Of a stretch of DNA of 38,334 bases, positions 33,960 through 38,334 are shown piece after piece. Source of the stretch: a virus (lineage: Duplodnaviria > Caudoviricetes); the IMG/VR virus record IMGVR_UViG_3300035494_000073, positions 1 through 38,334 of that record. One strand, written 5' to 3'. The position numbers and the translations under genes are program-made. Numbering within the stretch: the first letter of the stretch is position 1; each line of letters opens with the position of its first letter. The notes under the pieces were generated by a model. That model was given only the letters and a program-made list of their open reading frames with translations, made no database searches and had not been told where the DNA came from.

Positions 33960-34234
33960 TCAATAAAACGCGATGCCGCAGACCTGATAAATTCAGTGCC
34001 TAGGAACCCGATTGCACCAGCCGCCGCATATTTCCAATCTCCAGATAGACCAATCGCGTCAATTGCATAACCAGCAGACAAAGTAATCATCCCACAAATC
34101 GAGCTTTCTAAAAACCGACGCAACCAACGCGGCTCCGTACCTTGCTGGATAGTTCGAAACATTGACAGCACGAACGCTAGGATGGGGGCCATGATTTCAG
34201 CGGATAACCAGTTGTTTGGGTCTTTCCAGGGCAT
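33944..34234 (-). CDS. Holin, lambda S-like family
   Basis: MP.KDP..W start, three hydrophobic helices, LESSICG and GAIGFLGTE.IR motifs. Confidence 0.85.
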   Translation of the reverse strand: MPWKDPNNWLSAEIMAPILAFVLSMFRTIQQGTEPRWLRRFLESSICGMITLSAGYAIDAIGLSGDWKYAAAGAIGFLGTEFIRSAASRFIDWKFK

Positions 34235-34311
34235 TTATCAACCTGTCTTAGGGTATCGTTTTATCGTGACACGAACGGCGGCCATGGCACGAGGTAGCCA
34301 AGCCAAATACA

Positions 34312-34860
34312 TCATGGCGCTACCGGCCAATCAATCTCATGCGGAAAACCTACCTGATCCGGAACATCACGCAAGGCTTGACGGTATACGGCCCATGCCT
34401 CAGCATTTACTGGCGCGTCAGGTAGCTGGCTGAAGTCTGAGGCTGCGAGTAGTTGGTCGCGTTTGGCGCGGGCTTGGGAGGCTAACGATTCATCTTCAGC
34501 CGCTTCGTTTTTTACCCAATCACCGTTAACAAAATCATAAAACTGGCCAGGTTTTTCTTTGTCGGTTAGCCAATCTGGAATGTCGCCAATGCCGTTATAT
34601 TCATCGTTAAGTGTGAACTTTTCGCCGGTATCGGTGCGGTAAAGTTCTGTGTTTCGGTTGTCGGCCTTGATAACCCATTGTCCTGTATTTGGTTCGCCGT
34701 ACTGTTTGTTGTTATTTACATGTACGTCAGTCTCCCAAACGGCCAATGACCCGGCAGGAATATCTGGCACAGCCACAGAAACCCCGCCGTGCGGTTTATT
34801 GGCGTATTCTTGACTGTATAAGTAGACGCCATTAGCGTCAGTCTGGTGAAAAGTTGGCAT
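34312..34860 (-). CDS. Tail fibre assembly chaperone (Tfa-like)
   Basis: W..KADNR...LY and RD.LL..SD..QLPDAP...W..YRQALRDVP.Q.GFP..IDWP motifs. Confidence 0.88.
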   Translation of the reverse strand: MPTFHQTDANGVYLYSQEYANKPHGGVSVAVPDIPAGSLAVWETDVHVNNNKQYGEPNTGQWVIKADNRNTELYRTDTGEKFTLNDEYNGIGDIPDWLTDKEKPGQFYDFVNGDWVKNEAAEDESLASQARAKRDQLLAASDFSQLPDAPVNAEAWAVYRQALRDVPDQVGFPHEIDWPVAP

Positions 34861-34908
34861 TTATGGTTCTCCGGGGGTTTTGGTTATTTTATATTGTTTT
34901 GGTTACAT

Positions 34909-34925
34909 TGACACTGCAAATGCGA
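34909..34925 (+). repeat. 17-bp inverted repeat, left crossover site (TGACACTGCAAATGCGA)
   Basis: Exact reverse complement of 35336-35352; encodes DTANA in frame. Confidence 0.92.
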
Positions 34926-35155
34926 TGGCCTTAGCAAGCAGGCAAATTGACGCGTTTCAAGGGCACCATTATTTAACACAATGGGGGAACGTTGCGGTTT
35001 TCAATACAACCAGCACAGGTGGAGCGGAGACTAGAAATGCGTCTACCAAATCCAATACTCTTGACCCGGTATCTGACGCAACCAACGGAAGCCCTAGAAT
35101 TTCTAGTGAAACCCGGCCAATCAACACCGCGTTTTTACCACTTATAAATTTATGA
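34910..35155 (+). other. Silent alternative tail-fibre C-terminal cassette (inverted, no own start)
   Basis: DTANAMALASRQIDAFQGHHY...SETRPINTAFLPLINL* aligns with the expressed tip DTANARDFGSWQIDQNKSHFH...AESRPINTAFSPIINL*. Confidence 0.88.
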
Positions 35156-35975
35156 TCGGGGAAAATGCCGTATTAATAGGTCGGGATTCGGCCCCACCGC
35201 TTGCCGTAGTAAACGATGGCTCATTGCCGTAGGGGGATCCTGGCCCGCTCGTGGTAAACCCAGATTTTTGGGTCAACCTATCGTATCCATGGAAATGGCT
35301 CTTATTTTGGTCTATCTGCCAGCTGCCAAAATCCCTCGCATTTGCAGTGTCAGCGTCAGTACCCGTAGCGCGCAAGAACATATCACGCATATCTGGCGCT
35401 TTCCAGTCGCCGCCGCCCATATCAGCGATCTTGTATTCCCCGGCAACCCAGCTACCCAACGCCACGGTTAGGCCAGACTCCTTGAACCGTGCGATTAGCC
35501 CCCCGTGGTCTGTTTCGTTCAATGTTCCGCCAATCGCTTCAACTTGCCACGGAAGCGGGGTGGGCGTCCATCCAAATTCAAACTGCCCGCAAATAGCAGA
35601 CCGATAACCTGTAAAAAACGCTGTATTCACCCACTGCCAAACGAACCCGCCGCGATCAGTAACAATAACCGGGCCGATATTGGAAGATAACGCGGAAACT
35701 TGAGAATATGTCATGATGCTAGGAATCTGCCCTAGCGAATTTTTCACATAATCCAACAACACCGACAACGCAAACGACTTATCACTCAGACCCTGCCGCA
35801 CCAAAGCAATATCAGAATCCGACAACGAAGTTGCAGCACTAAGCGCCGACAGATTGGTTTTTGTCGCGCCAAGTTTGCTGATAATTGTTGATTCGCTGGC
35901 TGCAAGGTTCAATAGCGCCGGGTTTTGCGCGATTAGCGATCTTACTTGCGCTTCTTCGGTGGGTGAAAGTGCCAT
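35142..35975 (-). CDS. Tail fibre (receptor-binding) protein with switchable C-terminus
   Basis: Collar-like PDMRDMFLR, GSWQ.D..KSH.H and ESRP.N.A tip motifs; upstream of the Tfa gene. Confidence 0.9.
   Translation of the reverse strand: MALSPTEEAQVRSLIAQNPALLNLAASESTIISKLGATKTNLSALSAATSLSDSDIALVRQGLSDKSFALSVLLDYVKNSLGQIPSIMTYSQVSALSSNIGPVIVTDRGGFVWQWVNTAFFTGYRSAICGQFEFGWTPTPLPWQVEAIGGTLNETDHGGLIARFKESGLTVALGSWVAGEYKIADMGGGDWKAPDMRDMFLRATGTDADTANARDFGSWQIDQNKSHFHGYDRLTQKSGFTTSGPGSPYGNEPSFTTASGGAESRPINTAFSPIINL
35336..35352 (-). repeat. 17-bp inverted repeat, right crossover site inside the fibre gene (codons about 209-213)
   Basis: TCGCATTTGCAGTGTCA on the + strand. Confidence 0.92.
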
Positions 35976-36419
35976 TTAAATATCTCCGAATTGACGGGTA
36001 GACCCCATCACAATAACGTCTGTGCCGCCTAATACTGGCTGATTTCCATCTGCTGTTCCGGTATCCAGCGTTAATACATTACTCGACACCACGGTAAGCG
36101 TATGAACGCCACCGCCTACGGGCTTAAAACCAACGGCCACAATGTAGTTGGCCGGGTTATCACGGTCGATTGCCTCAAGCCGGATCATGGCGTTTTCGTA
36201 GGGGAATAAGCCAACGCCGTTAGCATCGGTTACGCGGTCGCGGTTAATAAGCCTGAAAATACGCTGAAACAGCCAATTCGCCCATTGCGCCGGGAACGGT
36301 TGACCACGCGCGCCAGCCGTTTCTGGAATAAACCCTTGCGCCACCTGCGCATCAGGCGGTTGATTGACGTTCTGTTGCCCGTCAGGGTAATTTACGAGGG
36401 TTTCTGCCCATGTAATCAT
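35976..36419 (-). CDS. Baseplate/fibre attachment protein
   Basis: 147 aa, GF.P...GQP..AQW.NWLF motif typical of fibre N-terminal anchors. Confidence 0.65.
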   Translation of the reverse strand: MITWAETLVNYPDGQQNVNQPPDAQVAQGFIPETAGARGQPFPAQWANWLFQRIFRLINRDRVTDANGVGLFPYENAMIRLEAIDRDNPANYIVAVGFKPVGGGVHTLTVVSSNVLTLDTGTADGNQPVLGGTDVIVMGSTRQFGDI

Positions 36420-37150
36420 TGGAAAACACCCGGTAAGTGGTAATGGCCTATTGTACTGTCAGTATTGGGGTTATGCACCACTAAAATACTGCCGTCGGAT
36501 AACTCAAGTAATAATTGATCGTCAACGTCTAAATCACCCGGCACAACGCCGCCGAATGTCGCGCCATTCGTTGCTGTTTGTTGCCCAGTTACCTGCATAT
36601 CGGAGCCGTCTACTTCCAGATAATCGGCGTCAATATTTACAAATAATTCTGCCGGGTCTGCTTCACGGCCAAATCTGAATGGCAGCGCGGTATACGAAAC
36701 CATAACAGGAACCGTGCTAATTGCTGCGGGGCTAATATCCTGAATCACCCTCTGAATATCACGCTGCACAATCGGCCCGTTAGTAAACAACATCGTCGTT
36801 GCAGGGTATTGCTCCATGTACTGAGCATCGTCTGGCTTTGTCAGAAACGATAGCCCACGTATTAAATCTTGCGGGGTTCCCTTTGATACGTTCACAAACA
36901 CACGAAACCGAATTGCCTCCCGGTAAGCGTCATCATCGCGCCCGCTCCGTGGTTCGCCGACTATATACCCAGAGCCGTCTAATTGCGCCCCTTGCGCGGT
37001 TTCAATCCAGCGATCCGACTTCATCAAGTCAAGCGTGTTTTCGATGTTCGTAAACTCAGCCACCAACGCCGCAACAATCGCCCGTAACTTTGGCGATTCG
37101 TTGAACTGGTTGACCAGTCGGCTTTGCGCTTGGCTTTCGTAATCAAGCAT
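36416..37150 (-). CDS. Baseplate wedge protein (DUF2612/gpI-like)
   Basis: TAQGAQLD..G.IVG..R...DD..YR motif; downstream of baseplate J. Confidence 0.82.
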   Translation of the reverse strand: MLDYESQAQSRLVNQFNESPKLRAIVAALVAEFTNIENTLDLMKSDRWIETAQGAQLDGSGYIVGEPRSGRDDDAYREAIRFRVFVNVSKGTPQDLIRGLSFLTKPDDAQYMEQYPATTMLFTNGPIVQRDIQRVIQDISPAAISTVPVMVSYTALPFRFGREADPAELFVNIDADYLEVDGSDMQVTGQQTATNGATFGGVVPGDLDVDDQLLLELSDGSILVVHNPNTDSTIGHYHLPGVFQ

Positions 37151-38334
37151 CAGACACCCACGACGGAAATACGATCTTCGCTAAACACGGCAATTTCAGC
37201 GCGATCAATGGTCTTCGTGTTGGTCGAATAACTGGGCGTGTCCAGCGGGCCAGCCTTTGCATCAACCTCGACCGTGATATTGGAAATGCCGGTAGTCGCG
37301 CCAAATATCGAACCGAAAAACCGCTGCGGAATAATATCAACGCCAACACCCAGCGCGTTACCATAGGCCAGCACTGCATCAGTAATTGCCGCCGCCGCCG
37401 TACTGGTTAGCGGTTCTTCAGGATTTAGCAGGTTCACCGAAACGCGCACCCATGCGTACAATTCAACAGGGCGCGAAAAGTTCATTACCTGAATATCGCC
37501 GTTATCGTCCAGCACTTGCACCGACACGTTGCCGTAGGTTTCGATGCCAGCCGGTTTGACCTCAAAAAGCTTTTGCCCAACGGCCTGATTTGATCCGCCC
37601 TGAACAATCGCCTCAAACGAGTGCGGCGGCAGTACGTCTACAGTGCCGTTGGTACGGTTTTCGTAGACCGATGCCGCTGTTACCGAATCAACTTCTTGCA
37701 GCAAGCGCGCGCGGATTGCCTGAACTGTTGCCGCGCCTGTTACCCGAACACTGTTTCGGTGCCGAATACGTAATTCTTCATCGGTTTCAACAAAGCGGCC
37801 CGTGTCACCGGCCACAGGGTTGTTAACTTCCGTCCATCCAGCTACCGAACTATCAATGCGCGTCAGCGTCTCGGCTGGCAAGGGATACGCGCCCAAGTCA
37901 ACCGCCGTAAACAGTGCCGGTGTGCCAACGCGGGTAATCGTCAGCTTGCTATCGACGGAAACGGAAAAATCGTCCACCAGATTAGCCGCACGAATCCGCA
38001 GCGTGCCGCCGTCAGCCGTGGCAAGAAAATCGTTATGGTCAAACAGCGCGGCCAGTCCTGCGGCAATTTCAGCGTCGGTAGCGTCTGCATCTGCTGTGTA
38101 GACTACCGAAGCGCCACCAGCCACAACCTGATAGTTGGCAAGGTCAACAACAGAATTAACTTCAATCTCAACGTCGCCAGCATTGGCCCGCGTAATTACA
38201 GTATCATTTGACGTAAAGAACTGCCGATTCGCACCAGAACGCGCCAGAACGCCAGCAGGAACGAGCGTAGACTCAGCGCCGTACAACATACCTATAACTG
38301 TCGTAGGCGTCGCCCCAAGGCGTTCTATGCCGAC
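37150..38334 (-). CDS. Baseplate J-like protein, 3' part (true start at 367 across the join)
   Basis: G...ETDEELR.R, VYEN.T, PPHSFEAIV.GG, KPAGI.T.G and FSRP motifs. Confidence 0.9.
   Translation of the reverse strand, partial: VGIERLGATPTTVIGMLYGAESTLVPAGVLARSGANRQFFTSNDTVITRANAGDVEIEVNSVVDLANYQVVAGGASVVYTADADATDAEIAAGLAALFDHNDFLATADGGTLRIRAANLVDDFSVSVDSKLTITRVGTPALFTAVDLGAYPLPAETLTRIDSSVAGWTEVNNPVAGDTGRFVETDEELRIRHRNSVRVTGAATVQAIRARLLQEVDSVTAASVYENRTNGTVDVLPPHSFEAIVQGGSNQAVGQKLFEVKPAGIETYGNVSVQVLDDNGDIQVMNFSRPVELYAWVRVSVNLLNPEEPLTSTAAAAITDAVLAYGNALGVGVDIIPQRFFGSIFGATTGISNITVEVDAKAGPLDTPSYSTNTKTIDRAEIAVFSEDRISVVGV
38208..38334. repeat. 127-bp terminal direct repeat, identical to 1..127
   Basis: Exact match to the start of the window. 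Confidence 0.95.

Noticed and set aside
34880-34909. Independent start for the 91-aa ORF 34880..35155
   Set aside because: TTG start with a weak SD and 10 non-homologous residues; homology to the fibre begins exactly at the repeat.
34862-34925. dif/XerCD or gix/hix-type site at the cassette boundary
   Set aside because: No convincing match by eye to the dif arms or to the 26-bp gix/hix consensus.
34909-35352. Diversity-generating retroelement TR/VR pair
   Set aside because: No reverse transcriptase; the copies are inverted and differ by more than adenine-specific substitutions.

Overview
This window is an apparently complete genome of a small contractile-tailed dsDNA phage (myovirus), about 38,207 bp unique. 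The first and last 127 bp are identical, which looks like an assembly circularisation overlap; it splits the baseplate J gene. The minus strand carries the late module: terS/terL, DUF1073-type portal, gp7/Mu-F head protein, DUF2213-type protease/scaffold, decoration protein, DUF2184-type capsid, neck proteins, sheath, tube, tail chaperone with a -1 frameshift, tape measure, baseplate, tail fibre and chaperone, two holin-like genes, lysozyme and spanins. The middle holds a Cro-like HTH, a Prim-Pol/PriCT-2 primase-helicase and an origin-like long inverted repeat. A divergent plus-strand replication/recombination operon follows (Sak4-like ATPase, DUF669-like SSB, YqaJ exonuclease, SF2 helicase, VRR-NUC, small ORFs, dUTPase). 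I see no integrase, invertase or CI-like repressor, so a lytic lifestyle is inferred; a proteobacterial host is a guess. Two things stand out. (1) A 444-bp shufflon-like invertible tail-fibre-tip cassette, bounded by a perfect 17-bp inverted repeat, offers two alternative C-termini although no site-specific recombinase is recognisable in the genome. (2) A roughly 730-bp non-coding leader before terS is packed with tandem tRNA-like and hairpin domains built on repeated junction motifs. All family names come from my motif recognition and gene order, not from database searches.
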